The translations under genes were made by a program, and so were the position numbers. Of a DNA stretch of 64,000 nt, positions 35,822 to 46,141 are shown in pieces. The stretch comes from Alphaproteobacteria bacterium (GTDB lineage Bacteria; Pseudomonadota; Alphaproteobacteria; Rhizobiales; TMED25), in contig JBJLFO010000001.1 of NCBI GenBank assembly GCA_045565315.1, positions 529,542 through 593,541 on the forward strand. Reading direction: 5' to 3'. Numbering within the stretch: the first letter of the stretch is position 1; each line of letters starts with the position of its first letter. The notes beneath the pieces were generated by a model, which saw only the letters and a list, made by a program, of their open reading frames with translations, had not been told where the DNA came from and ran no database searches.

Positions 35822-38599
35822 ATGTCAAAGATCAACTCTAATTCTACATTATTTCTAATTGATGGTTCTACATTTATCTTTAGAGCCTATTTTGCTATGC
35901 TAAGAGCTTCTCAAAAAAGAGGTAATAACTTTGCTAAATCAGACGGAACTCCCACAGGGGCCGTTATGGCTTTTTGTAATATGATGTGGAAAATAATTAA
36001 TAATGGCATTGATGGAATCCAGCCCAGTCATATTGCAGTAATTTTTGATACAAAAGAAAAGACTTTCAGAAATGATATTTATCCATTATATAAAGCAAAT
36101 AGAGATGCTCCTCCAGATGATTTAATACCTCAATTTCCAATAATACATAGAGCTGTTGAGGCTTTTAATATTAAATCAATTTCTCTTGCTGGTTATGAGG
36201 CAGATGACGTTATTGCAACCTATTCAAAAATAGCAACAAAGCATAGTGCAAAGACTATTATTATTTCAGGTGATAAAGACCTTATGCAATTGATTAATGA
36301 TAATGTTCAAATGTATGATCCCATGCCGGGTAGAGAGAGATTCATTGATAGAGAGGGAGTATTTGAAAAATTTGGAGTTTATCCAGAAAAAGTTGTAGAT
36401 GTTCAAGCCCTTGCGGGGGACTCAACAGATAACATACCAGGTGTACCAGGTATAGGTATTAAAATTGCAGCAGAATTAATTAATGAATATGGATCATTGG
36501 AAGACCTATTAACAAATGCTGAAAATATAAAGCAAAATAAACGAAGAGAAAATATTATTGATTTCTCTGATAACGCAAGGTTATCCTATAAACTGGCACT
36601 ACTTGATATATCTTCACCTATTATCACAAACATCGATGACTTAGAAAATATTCCTATTAATTATGAGAAAATAATCTCATTTTCGAGAGAAATGGAGCTT
36701 ACTAACCTCATTAATAGAATAGATAATTCTTTTTCTCAGGAATCTCAAAAAATACCAAGCCCTGAGTTATTACCGAATATTAATAAGGAGAAAAACTTCT
36801 CAAAATCGTCAATAAATAATGCGAAGGAAATAATAGAAAATTTGGAGATTACCCATGATCTAAAATCAATAGAGGAGATAAGAAATGCTATTAAAGAAAC
36901 TATTAATGCAGAGTCTATATGCATTGATATGGAAATTGATGATAATAGAATTAATAAGATAGTTTTGACGCAAAATGGGATTGATTTATATATTATAGAG
37001 ATCAATAATGATAAAGAGTCAAAAATCTTATATCAAGAAGTTTTAATTGAAATAAAAAAACTATTAGAAGACCCAGCCATAAATAAAATTTTTTATGATT
37101 ATAAATATTATTTATCTTTTTTTCGTAAGGAAAAGATCTCTATTCAATCTTTCGATGACTTATCACTGATGTCTTATACTATAAATAATGGCAAAATAAA
37201 ACATGACTTCAATTCTCTAACTATTGCATACCAAAATAAAATAAATATTCCATTGGAAACTATCAATAATGTTATTAGGAGAGAGGAGGGTGATTATAAA
37301 AATACTTACAGAGCTGGAGTAATTTACAAATTATGGAATATCTTAAAGATTGATCTATTAAAAAATGGGGCAATACAAATATATGAAATCATTGAAAAAC
37401 CTCTGGTCTCATCGTTATTTGAAATGGAAAATAATGGTATAAAAATAGATATCGCTGATCTTCGAGTGCTATCAGAAAAATTTGATATTCGTATTAAAAT
37501 GCTTGAGCAAGAAATCCATTCTATTGCAGGTTTAGACTTTAATATAGCGAGCCCAAAACAATTGGGTGAAGTTCTGTTTAATATTCTAAAATTGGATGGA
37601 GCAAAGAAAACTAAGAGTGGGTCATGGGCAACTGGTATAGAAATTTTAGAAGATTTATCTTTAATGGGGCACACTATTGCTGACAAAATCATAGAGTGGA
37701 GACAATTAACAAAACTTAAAAGCACTTATACAGACAGTCTCCCAAATTTTATAAACCAAGCTACAGGGAGAATACATACAAAATTCTCGCAAGCACTTAC
37801 CTCTACAGGTAGGCTTTCTTCTTCAAATCCAAATCTGCAAAATATACCTATTAGAACAGCAGAAGGTAGGATGATAAGATCGGCTTTCATCCCAGAAAAA
37901 AATAATTCATTTATATCAGCCGATTATAGCCAAATTGAATTAAGAGTTTTATCGCATGTTGCGAAGATTGATCAACTTCAAAATGCGTTCCAGGATAATC
38001 TAGATATACATAAAATTACAGCCTCTACAATATTTAATATTCCAATAGATGAAGTAACAGAGATGCATAGATATAGAGCAAAAGCTATAAATTTTGGAAT
38101 TATATATGGAATATCAGCTTTCGGATTATCAAAGCAAATAAGAATTTCTCGAAAAGATTCCCAAGAATTCATTAATGAGTATTTTAAGAGATTTCCGGGT
38201 ATTAAAGAATACATGAATATTACAATTGATTCTGCAAAAATTAATGAATATGTAACAACGATTTTTGGCCGCAGATGCCACTTTCCTGAAATAAACTCTA
38301 AAAATCATCCTGTAAGATCTTTTAATGAAAGAGCTGCAATAAATGCACCAATTCAAGGTTCTGCAGCTGACATAATTAAAAGAGCGATGATAAAAATTCA
38401 ACAGAAGATAGAAAATGATAATATGCAATCTAAGATGATTTTACAAATTCACGATGAGCTTATATTTGAGGTTCCTAGTGATGAAACACAAGCAATGGAA
38501 AACCTAATTATTGAGAATATGGAAAATGCTACGGAACCCCTAATCAATTTTTCTGTTCCATTAAAGGTAGATATTAAAGTATCCAAAAGTTGGGGCTAG
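35822..38599 (+). CDS. polA: DNA polymerase I
   Basis: 925 aa. 5'-nuclease N-terminus (LIDGSTFIFRAYFA), and pol motifs DYSQIELRVL and QIHDELIFE. Confidence 0.95.
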   Translation: MSKINSNSTLFLIDGSTFIFRAYFAMLRASQKRGNNFAKSDGTPTGAVMAFCNMMWKIINNGIDGIQPSHIAVIFDTKEKTFRNDIYPLYKANRDAPPDDLIPQFPIIHRAVEAFNIKSISLAGYEADDVIATYSKIATKHSAKTIIISGDKDLMQLINDNVQMYDPMPGRERFIDREGVFEKFGVYPEKVVDVQALAGDSTDNIPGVPGIGIKIAAELINEYGSLEDLLTNAENIKQNKRRENIIDFSDNARLSYKLALLDISSPIITNIDDLENIPINYEKIISFSREMELTNLINRIDNSFSQESQKIPSPELLPNINKEKNFSKSSINNAKEIIENLEITHDLKSIEEIRNAIKETINAESICIDMEIDDNRINKIVLTQNGIDLYIIEINNDKESKILYQEVLIEIKKLLEDPAINKIFYDYKYYLSFFRKEKISIQSFDDLSLMSYTINNGKIKHDFNSLTIAYQNKINIPLETINNVIRREEGDYKNTYRAGVIYKLWNILKIDLLKNGAIQIYEIIEKPLVSSLFEMENNGIKIDIADLRVLSEKFDIRIKMLEQEIHSIAGLDFNIASPKQLGEVLFNILKLDGAKKTKSGSWATGIEILEDLSLMGHTIADKIIEWRQLTKLKSTYTDSLPNFINQATGRIHTKFSQALTSTGRLSSSNPNLQNIPIRTAEGRMIRSAFIPEKNNSFISADYSQIELRVLSHVAKIDQLQNAFQDNLDIHKITASTIFNIPIDEVTEMHRYRAKAINFGIIYGISAFGLSKQIRISRKDSQEFINEYFKRFPGIKEYMNITIDSAKINEYVTTIFGRRCHFPEINSKNHPVRSFNERAAINAPIQGSAADIIKRAMIKIQQKIENDNMQSKMILQIHDELIFEVPSDETQAMENLIIENMENATEPLINFSVPLKVDIKVSKSWG

Positions 38600-38610
38600 A
38601 TGGAAGGTAA

Positions 38611-40200
38611 TTAGAGAGTTGGACCGGATGATATAATATCATTATCAACTTCACCTTCAAAGTTACGAAAGTTTTCGATGAACATGCCTACTAATTTTCT
38701 TGCCTGCTTATCAAAATCATCCTTATTAGACCAAGTATCTATTGGATTAAGATAACTGGTATCACCGTTGATTGAAACTGGGACCATTAATTTAAAAAAT
38801 GTATCTTCCCTCATCTCAACTCCATCAAGTTCTCCTGAAAGCGCAGACCTTAATAATCTTCTTGTCAGCTGTATTGGCATTCGTTGACCAACTCCAGCTG
38901 GACCTCCACTCCATCCAGTATTTATGAGCCATGTTTGGACATTATACTTCTCCATATTTTCCTTAAGGAGCCTACCGTAAACAATTGGATGTCTGGGTAA
39001 AAATGGTGCAGCAAAGCAAGTTGAAAATGTTGCAGAAGGATCTACAACACCTCTCTCAGTACCTGCAACTTTTGCAGTATAACCTGATAAGAAATGATAA
39101 ACAGCTTGCTTAGAGTTAAGCTTTGAAATTGGAGGCATCACTCCGAATGCATCACAAGTTAACATAATTATTGTGGTTGGAATATCTGCCATCCCGTCTT
39201 TCGACACATTATCTCCCACAAATGACATTGGGAATGCAGCTCTTGTATTCTCGGTAAGGCTATCATCATTAAAATTTAGCTCCCGTGTTTCCTGATCAAC
39301 AATAACATTCTCTAATACTGTTGTGAATCTTCTAACTGCATTGTATATTTGTGGCTCCGCTTCTTTTGAGAGATTGATTGCTTTTGCATAGGATCCATCT
39401 TCAAAATTAAAGACTCCCTTGGTTGTCCAGCCATGCTCGTCATCACCGATTAGAAGTCTATCTGGGTCTGCTGAGAGAGTTGTCTTCCCCGTGCCTGAAA
39501 GACCAAAAAATATTGCAGTATTTTTCCCTCTATAATCGCTATTTGCAGAACAATGCATAGGGAATATTCCTTTAGGTGGCAATGTATAATTGAAGTATGT
39601 AAATACTGATTTTTTTATCTCACCTGCATAATATGTTCCAGCAATAAGAATTTTATTATTCGTGAAATCACATGCAATAGTAGTTTCTGTTCTCACACCA
39701 TACTTCTCTGGGGTAGTCGTGAACGAAGGTAGATCAATTATTAAAAGATCCTCTTTAAACTCTTCTTGTTCTGATCTTGCTGGTAGTATTAATAGGTGCT
39801 GTATGAATAATGCTTGCCATGCAAATTCTGTGATTATTCTAACTTTAATTTTTTCTTTAGGATCTGTTCCAGCATATAAATCTTGTATAAATAAATTTTT
39901 ACCATTCATATGATCCAGCATATCATTCTCAAGTAAATTGAATTTATCTCTTTCAATCTTGGCATTGTTTTCCCACCAAACATTATCAAGTGTTGCTTCA
40001 TCAGCTATGATATGTTTATCTTTTGGCGATCTACCAGTGTGCTTTCCTGTATCTACAGAAAATGAACCATCCACTGTAAGTATACCTTCATTGTATACAG
40101 ACGCTAATTGCATTAATTCGGCAGCTGTATTATTTAGATGAATTTTCTTTGCTTGTTTTAGGTAGCTCCTATCAACTTCTGTGCCCAATAGTTCCCCCAA
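38611..40200 (-). CDS. pckA: Phosphoenolpyruvate carboxykinase (ATP)
   Basis: 529 aa. TGRSPKDK and GLSGTGKTTLS kinase motifs. The only in-frame start upstream of the conserved N-terminus is TTG. Confidence 0.9.
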   Translation of the reverse strand: MGELLGTEVDRSYLKQAKKIHLNNTAAELMQLASVYNEGILTVDGSFSVDTGKHTGRSPKDKHIIADEATLDNVWWENNAKIERDKFNLLENDMLDHMNGKNLFIQDLYAGTDPKEKIKVRIITEFAWQALFIQHLLILPARSEQEEFKEDLLIIDLPSFTTTPEKYGVRTETTIACDFTNNKILIAGTYYAGEIKKSVFTYFNYTLPPKGIFPMHCSANSDYRGKNTAIFFGLSGTGKTTLSADPDRLLIGDDEHGWTTKGVFNFEDGSYAKAINLSKEAEPQIYNAVRRFTTVLENVIVDQETRELNFNDDSLTENTRAAFPMSFVGDNVSKDGMADIPTTIIMLTCDAFGVMPPISKLNSKQAVYHFLSGYTAKVAGTERGVVDPSATFSTCFAAPFLPRHPIVYGRLLKENMEKYNVQTWLINTGWSGGPAGVGQRMPIQLTRRLLRSALSGELDGVEMREDTFFKLMVPVSINGDTSYLNPIDTWSNKDDFDKQARKLVGMFIENFRNFEGEVDNDIISSGPTL

Positions 40201-40287
40201 CTGAATTAGTCTTGTAGATTATTGATAATTATTTAATCTAAGTTAATATAATAGTTATTTAAATGTAGTCAATGAAGTTGGTGAGAA

Positions 40288-40971
40288 ATGCATAAAATTG
40301 TTCTAATAGATGATGACGAAAATATAATTACTTCACTCGAAATGGTTTTACAATCTTCTGGATTTGATACAAATTCATATACAAATGGTTTAGTTGCAAT
40401 AGAAAAAGTTAGAGAAAAATCCCCCGATATAATACTTTTAGATATTAAGATGCCAAGAATAGATGGATTAGAAGTTTATAATAAAATAAGAAGGTTTAGT
40501 AATGTTCCTATAATATTCTTAACATCTAAAGATAGTGAGGTGGATGAACTTATAGGCCTCAGGCTTGGCGCAGATGATTATGTTAGAAAACCTTTTTCTC
40601 AAAAGCTTTTAATTGAAAGAATAAAATCTGTACTAAGAAGGAACGCAATAAGACCTGATGATAATACCTCACAGATTGGTGATAGTTTGAAGCATCTATA
40701 TATTAATCATGAAACAATGACCTGTAGCTGGCGTGGAAATAATATCGATTTGACTGTAACTGAGTTCTCAATTTTAAAGTCTTTATTATCTAGACCAGGA
40801 ATAATTAAAAGTAGGGATGATTTAATAAATGAAGCATTCAAAGAGACTCTAAAAAAGGAAGATAGAGCAATAGATAGTCATATTAAAAGAATAAGAAAAA
40901 AATTCTTATTCTTTGATAGTAATTTCGATATCATTAAAACAATTTATGGTATTGGCTATAAAATCGAATAA
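40288..40971 (+). CDS. chvI: OmpR-family response regulator, ChvI-type
   Basis: 227 aa. Receiver domain (DIILLDIKMP) plus winged-helix domain. Divergent from pckA and followed by the kinase, as in chvI-chvG loci. Confidence 0.8.
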   Translation: MHKIVLIDDDENIITSLEMVLQSSGFDTNSYTNGLVAIEKVREKSPDIILLDIKMPRIDGLEVYNKIRRFSNVPIIFLTSKDSEVDELIGLRLGADDYVRKPFSQKLLIERIKSVLRRNAIRPDDNTSQIGDSLKHLYINHETMTCSWRGNNIDLTVTEFSILKSLLSRPGIIKSRDDLINEAFKETLKKEDRAIDSHIKRIRKKFLFFDSNFDIIKTIYGIGYKIE

Positions 40972-40998
40972 TATTGTAATATTTATTAATAATTAAAT

Positions 40999-42633
40999 AT
41001 GAAAATTTTCAACATATCACGAAAAATCCCTATTAGTTTATCAAAGAGAATAATCATTCTTAATCTAATTGCTTTATTGATGCTTGTTTTTGGAATTTTA
41101 TATCTTAATCAATTTAGACAAGGACTAATCGATGCAAAAATTGAGGCCTTGAAGACACAAAGTCAGATTATTTCGAATACCATTTCTACCAGTGCAACCT
41201 CTAGCAAAAGAACAAATCTATTTCTACTAGATCCGAATATTGATAATGGTTTGGGGTTTGATCAAAGGATAATTCAATATAGAAACTACACGATAAATAA
41301 AAAACTCCTAGAAGATATAATTATTAAATTAATTATTCCAGAAAAGATTCGTGCTCAAGTTTATGACTCAAATAACAAGCAAATGCATGACTCTAATGAG
41401 TTTTTTCTTAGAAAAAATATAAAAAAAAATAACCTTCAGTTATCAAAAGAAAATAATTTTTTTACAAATATTTACCTAAATACCCTTAATAAATTAGGTA
41501 TTAACAATTTGAATAGATTAAAGTACTCAACTAACTTTAACTTGCTTTCCGATGCACTAAACGGATCTAATAATATTGTTGTTTCTGAAAATGAAAAGAA
41601 TCAAGCTGTCGTAAGCATAGCTGTCCCAATAAAAAAATATAAAGCTATCATAGGTTATTTAGTCCTTTCAACACAAGATAATGCAATTGATATGATAGTT
41701 AATCAAGAAAGAGCTTCTATCTTAAAAGTATTTATCGTAGCAGCTTTTATTACAATCCTACTTTCCTTAGTCTTATCATATACAATTGGTAAACCTGTGA
41801 AGGAACTTGCAGATGCCGCCGATGACGTCAGAAATAATTTAAATAGAAGACATAAGATACCTGACTTTAGTGATAGAAAAGATGAAATAGGAAACCTATC
41901 ACGGTCATTAAATGATATGACAGCGAGCCTGTATAATAGAATTGATATTATTGAAAAGTTTTCAGCCGATGTAGCCCATGAATTAAGAAATCCATTAACA
42001 TCTTTAAAAAGTGCAGTTGAAGCATTCCCTGTCATAAAGAAAAAATCAGAGAGAATAAAATTAATTGAAATTATAAATGAGGATATAGATAGAATTGATC
42101 GATTAATTTCAGACATATCAGAGACTTCTAAACTTGATACGGCCCTAACTATTGAGAAAAGAGAAATAGTTGACTTACTAGAAATATTATCAGAGTTAAT
42201 TAATCTGCAGAATTTTGGGGGAGTTACTAATAAAATTTTTTTAAAGGTAGAAAGTGCTGGAGTTAAATTTTACTCTAAAATTAACAAAGATAGGATAAAT
42301 CAAGTTTTTATAAACTTATTTGATAATGCAAGATCCTTTTCTACAAATGGAGAAGAAATTGCTGTAGCCATAAGATCAGATCCTAGCAGTATTTATATTA
42401 CTGTTTCAGATTCATTTGGAGGTATAAAAGGTACCAAAATTGATCGCATATTTGATAGATTTTACACAGATAGACCAGTAATCACTGGGAATAATAAACA
42501 TTCAGGTCTGGGACTATCAATAGCTAAGCAAATAATAGAGTCTCATGATGGCCTCATCTCTGTAAAAAATAATTTCAAATACTCCAAAAAAGGAGCCACA
42601 TTTGAAATAAAATTACCTAAATATAGAGTATAA
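40999..42633 (+). CDS. chvG: Sensor histidine kinase, ChvG/ExoS-type
   Basis: 544 aa. Two TM segments flank a periplasmic domain, followed by HAMP, H-box FSADVAHELRNPLTSL and G2 box HSGLGLSIAK. Confidence 0.75.
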   Translation: MKIFNISRKIPISLSKRIIILNLIALLMLVFGILYLNQFRQGLIDAKIEALKTQSQIISNTISTSATSSKRTNLFLLDPNIDNGLGFDQRIIQYRNYTINKKLLEDIIIKLIIPEKIRAQVYDSNNKQMHDSNEFFLRKNIKKNNLQLSKENNFFTNIYLNTLNKLGINNLNRLKYSTNFNLLSDALNGSNNIVVSENEKNQAVVSIAVPIKKYKAIIGYLVLSTQDNAIDMIVNQERASILKVFIVAAFITILLSLVLSYTIGKPVKELADAADDVRNNLNRRHKIPDFSDRKDEIGNLSRSLNDMTASLYNRIDIIEKFSADVAHELRNPLTSLKSAVEAFPVIKKKSERIKLIEIINEDIDRIDRLISDISETSKLDTALTIEKREIVDLLEILSELINLQNFGGVTNKIFLKVESAGVKFYSKINKDRINQVFINLFDNARSFSTNGEEIAVAIRSDPSSIYITVSDSFGGIKGTKIDRIFDRFYTDRPVITGNNKHSGLGLSIAKQIIESHDGLISVKNNFKYSKKGATFEIKLPKYRV

Positions 42634-42705
42634 AGCTTTGTAAGATATATAAATTTAGTATAAGTATTAAATGATAAAGTTAATAGTGTCAGAGGTAGTG
42701 CAAAT

Positions 42706-44097
42706 ATGTTTAATGATTTTATAATAAAAGATATATCTTTATCTAGTTTTGGAGATAAAGAGATGGAACTTGCAAGAAACGAAATGCCAGGACTAATATC
42801 CTTAAGAAATGAGTATTTAAACGAGAAACCGCTTCTTGGGGCTAAGATTGTTGGCTGCCTGCATATGACAATCCAGACAGCTGTATTAATAGAAACTCTT
42901 GTTCAGCTTGGTGCTGAAGTAAGGTGGGCATCTTGTAATATTTTTTCTACACAGGATCATGCTGCAGCGGCTATCGCAAATATGAATATTCCAATTTTTG
43001 CATTTAAGAATGAAACTTTAGAAGAATACTGGGAATTTGTGGATAAGATTTTTGATTGGCCAAATGGGAATCCAAATTTAATTTTAGATGATGGAGGGGA
43101 TGCCTCCATCTATATTATCTTAGGGGCAAGATATGAACAAGATAAGACAGTTCTTGATAATCCTCAAAATGAGGAAGAGGAAATACTTTTTGAACAAATT
43201 AAAAAACGTGCAAGTAAAGATCTAAAATGGTTTACAAATATTAGAGATAAGATAATTGGTGTTACGGAAGAAACAACAACTGGTGTGAATAGATTACAAA
43301 TGATGGAAGAAAAAGGTACACTTCCCTTTCCAGCAATTAATGTCAATAACTCAGTAACAAAATCTAAATTTGATAATCTTTATGGATGTAGGGAGAGTCT
43401 TGTTGACGGCATTAGAAGAGCAACAGATACAATGATTGCAGGAAAAGTTGTTGTTGTCGCAGGATACGGCGATGTTGGCAAAGGATGTTCTTCATCACTT
43501 AAAGCTTCTGGTGCACGAGTCATAATAACGGAAGTAGACCCTATATGCGCACTTCAGGCAGCTTTAGAGGGTTATGAGGTTAGAACTATGGAAGAAGTAG
43601 CTTCAATTGCTGATATCTTTGTAACAGCTACAGGAAATAGAGATATTATTACACTTGAGCATATGAGGATTATGAAAAACCAAGCAATTGTCTGTAATAT
43701 TGGACATTTTGATGCTGAGATTCAAGTTTCAAAGCTAAAAAACTTTAAATGGACTAACATAAAAGCACAAGTAGATGAAATTGAGTTTCCGGATGGTAAG
43801 AAAATTATTTTACTAGCTGAGGGGAGGCTTGTAAATCTTGGGTGTGCCACTGGGCATCCGAGCTTTATAATGAGCGCATCGTTTACAAATCAAGTTTTGG
43901 CACAAATTGAATTATGGAAACATAAAGAGAAGTATGAAAATCAAGTATATATGCTTCCAAAACATCTTGATGAGAAAGTAGCTGAATTACATTTACATAA
44001 ACTAGATGTCCATCTGACAAAGTTAAACGATGAACAAAGTGAGTATATTGGTGTGTCTCAGGATGGTCCATTTAAACCAGAACACTATAGATATTAA
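42706..44097 (+). CDS. ahcY: Adenosylhomocysteinase
   Basis: 463 aa. [11 protein letters not shown] motif, and [10 protein letters not shown]-like [10 protein letters not shown] block. Confidence 0.95.
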   Translation: MFNDFIIKDISLSSFGDKEMELARNEMPGLISLRNEYLNEKPLLGAKIVGCLHMTIQTAVLIETLVQLGAEVRWASCNIFSTQDHAAAAIANMNIPIFAFKNETLEEYWEFVDKIFDWPNGNPNLILDDGGDASIYIILGARYEQDKTVLDNPQNEEEEILFEQIKKRASKDLKWFTNIRDKIIGVTEETTTGVNRLQMMEEKGTLPFPAINVNNSVTKSKFDNLYGCRESLVDGIRRATDTMIAGKVVVVAGYGDVGKGCSSSLKASGARVIITEVDPICALQAALEGYEVRTMEEVASIADIFVTATGNRDIITLEHMRIMKNQAIVCNIGHFDAEIQVSKLKNFKWTNIKAQVDEIEFPDGKKIILLAEGRLVNLGCATGHPSFIMSASFTNQVLAQIELWKHKEKYENQVYMLPKHLDEKVAELHLHKLDVHLTKLNDEQSEYIGVSQDGPFKPEHYRY

Positions 44098-44170
44098 ATT
44101 AAATTATTTTTTTTATTTCATAATTATAATTAATGTTAAACTTATCAAAAAACTTTGATAAAATTTAATA

Positions 44171-46141
44171 ATGGAAAATATATTAATTTATCTAAATGAC
44201 TCAAAAAATCTTGTTTATTTGATTTCTCTCTCAATTTTGATTGCAATTATGATCATAATTTCTAAAAAAAATGAGTTAAAATTCAGTGTTGCATATACGA
44301 AAAATATCCAAAAATATCTAAATCTAAATATTGCTAGAAATTATCTTATTAGACTAAAATTTAAGAAAATAAAACTAACCAACAAATACCAAATACATAA
44401 ATCAAATGAGATATGTTGGGTAACAGAAAATAATAAGATAGTTGAAATAAATAGTAATTATCTTGAATTATGTAATGAATATAACTTTCAGGAGGTTATT
44501 GATAATAATTTTCAACTAATACCAATACGTGATAATGAAACTGGCTTACTCTACCCTCAAAAAGAAAAGGTTGTAATTGATGGTAAACAACACGTTTTTA
44601 AAGTTAATAAAATTTGTAAAAAAAACTCTAATATTTATTCAGCACTTGATATAACAAATGAGGAAAATCATGAAGAAATATTAAATAAGCAAAATGAAAC
44701 AAATCTTCATTTAATGAATCAACTGACAGATCCTGTTGCAATTTACGCACAAGATGGCTCTCTAGTTTTTTTTAATATGGCATTTAAAAAATTTGCATCC
44801 ATGGATGAGGAATATTTAAAGGAAAAACCAAATGAATCCGATATATTAGATACTATGAGATATAAGGATCTTATCCCAACACAAATAAATTTCTCAGAAT
44901 GGAAGAAGAAGCAATTAAATATATATAAGACACTAAACAATAGAGAACAATGGTGGTATTTGCCAGATGGAAGGGCGATAAGAGTTTTATCCCAACCAAA
45001 TCCTTTGGGTGGCGTGACCCATATTTTTGAGAATCATACTGATAGACTAGCCCTTGAAAATGAAACAAGGCTTTTGAGTTCAATTCAAGAGCAAACTATA
45101 GATAACTTATCTGAGGGTATTGCTTTATTTGGAACTGATGGCAGGGTTAAATTGACAAATCCTAAATTTAACGAACTATGGAATATGAAGTTAAATATGG
45201 ATGGAGTACATATAGAACATCTTATAGATGCGCTTGCAAATGATATAAATAAAAACTTATTTGATGAGATATATACGAATATTGTCTCAACAGGTATTAC
45301 AAGGCGGGATCATAGTGGAACTATAAATAATAATAACGATAAGACTATATATTATAAATCATCAATACTACCTGATGGGTCAATCTTATATACATTTACC
45401 GATATCACAGATAGTTTCAAAATTGAAGAAGCCCTAAAGGAGAAAAATGAGGCTCTCATTCAGGCAGATAAAATTAAAACAATTTTTATGAATAATATTT
45501 CATATGAACTCAGAGCTCCCCTTCAAAATATTATTGGATTTTCAGAATTACTAGAAGATAGAATATCAAAGGAAGCAAAAAAAGGATCTTCAGAATATAT
45601 ATATAATATCAAGAAATCAGGAAATGAATTAAGATATCAAATCAATCAAATTCTTGAAATAACTTCCTTAGAGTCAGGAAAAATTTCTCTAAAATATCAA
45701 GAAATATCCCGAAAAAAATTCCTAAGTCTAGTTCAAGAGGAATTATATCAACTCAATTTCCTAGATTATACTTTTAAAATAGAAGAAAGAGATGTCAAAA
45801 ATACAACAAAAATATACATAGACACAAAATGTATACCTCGTATATTCGCCGGAGTAATAAAAATTTTTAATAAAAAAAATAATTTTGAAGATTTAAAGGA
45901 AGTAAAAGTTCAAGTTACTGTTGAATTAGAGAAGAAAAGTCATAAATTTGTTTTTAATCTTCAAGATGAGTTGATAGAAAATGAATATTCGTTGGAAGAT
46001 ATTAATGATGAATATATATATTCACGGGGTGATATTGAAAGTACAATAATACAAAAATATATCGAATATTTTAATGGAGAAATAGAGATACATAAACAAT
46101 ACAATCGAATAGTTGTAAAATTGCCCAAAAAGTATAAATGA
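44171..46141 (+). CDS. Membrane-anchored PAS-domain protein with degenerate HisKA/HATPase region (pseudo-histidine kinase)
   Basis: 656 aa. N-terminal TM and PAS-like repeats. The H-box-like segment NNISYELRAPLQNIIGFSELL has Tyr where His is expected. No recognisable N/G1/G2 boxes. Confidence 0.7.
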   Translation: MENILIYLNDSKNLVYLISLSILIAIMIIISKKNELKFSVAYTKNIQKYLNLNIARNYLIRLKFKKIKLTNKYQIHKSNEICWVTENNKIVEINSNYLELCNEYNFQEVIDNNFQLIPIRDNETGLLYPQKEKVVIDGKQHVFKVNKICKKNSNIYSALDITNEENHEEILNKQNETNLHLMNQLTDPVAIYAQDGSLVFFNMAFKKFASMDEEYLKEKPNESDILDTMRYKDLIPTQINFSEWKKKQLNIYKTLNNREQWWYLPDGRAIRVLSQPNPLGGVTHIFENHTDRLALENETRLLSSIQEQTIDNLSEGIALFGTDGRVKLTNPKFNELWNMKLNMDGVHIEHLIDALANDINKNLFDEIYTNIVSTGITRRDHSGTINNNNDKTIYYKSSILPDGSILYTFTDITDSFKIEEALKEKNEALIQADKIKTIFMNNISYELRAPLQNIIGFSELLEDRISKEAKKGSSEYIYNIKKSGNELRYQINQILEITSLESGKISLKYQEISRKKFLSLVQEELYQLNFLDYTFKIEERDVKNTTKIYIDTKCIPRIFAGVIKIFNKKNNFEDLKEVKVQVTVELEKKSHKFVFNLQDELIENEYSLEDINDEYIYSRGDIESTIIQKYIEYFNGEIEIHKQYNRIVVKLPKKYK

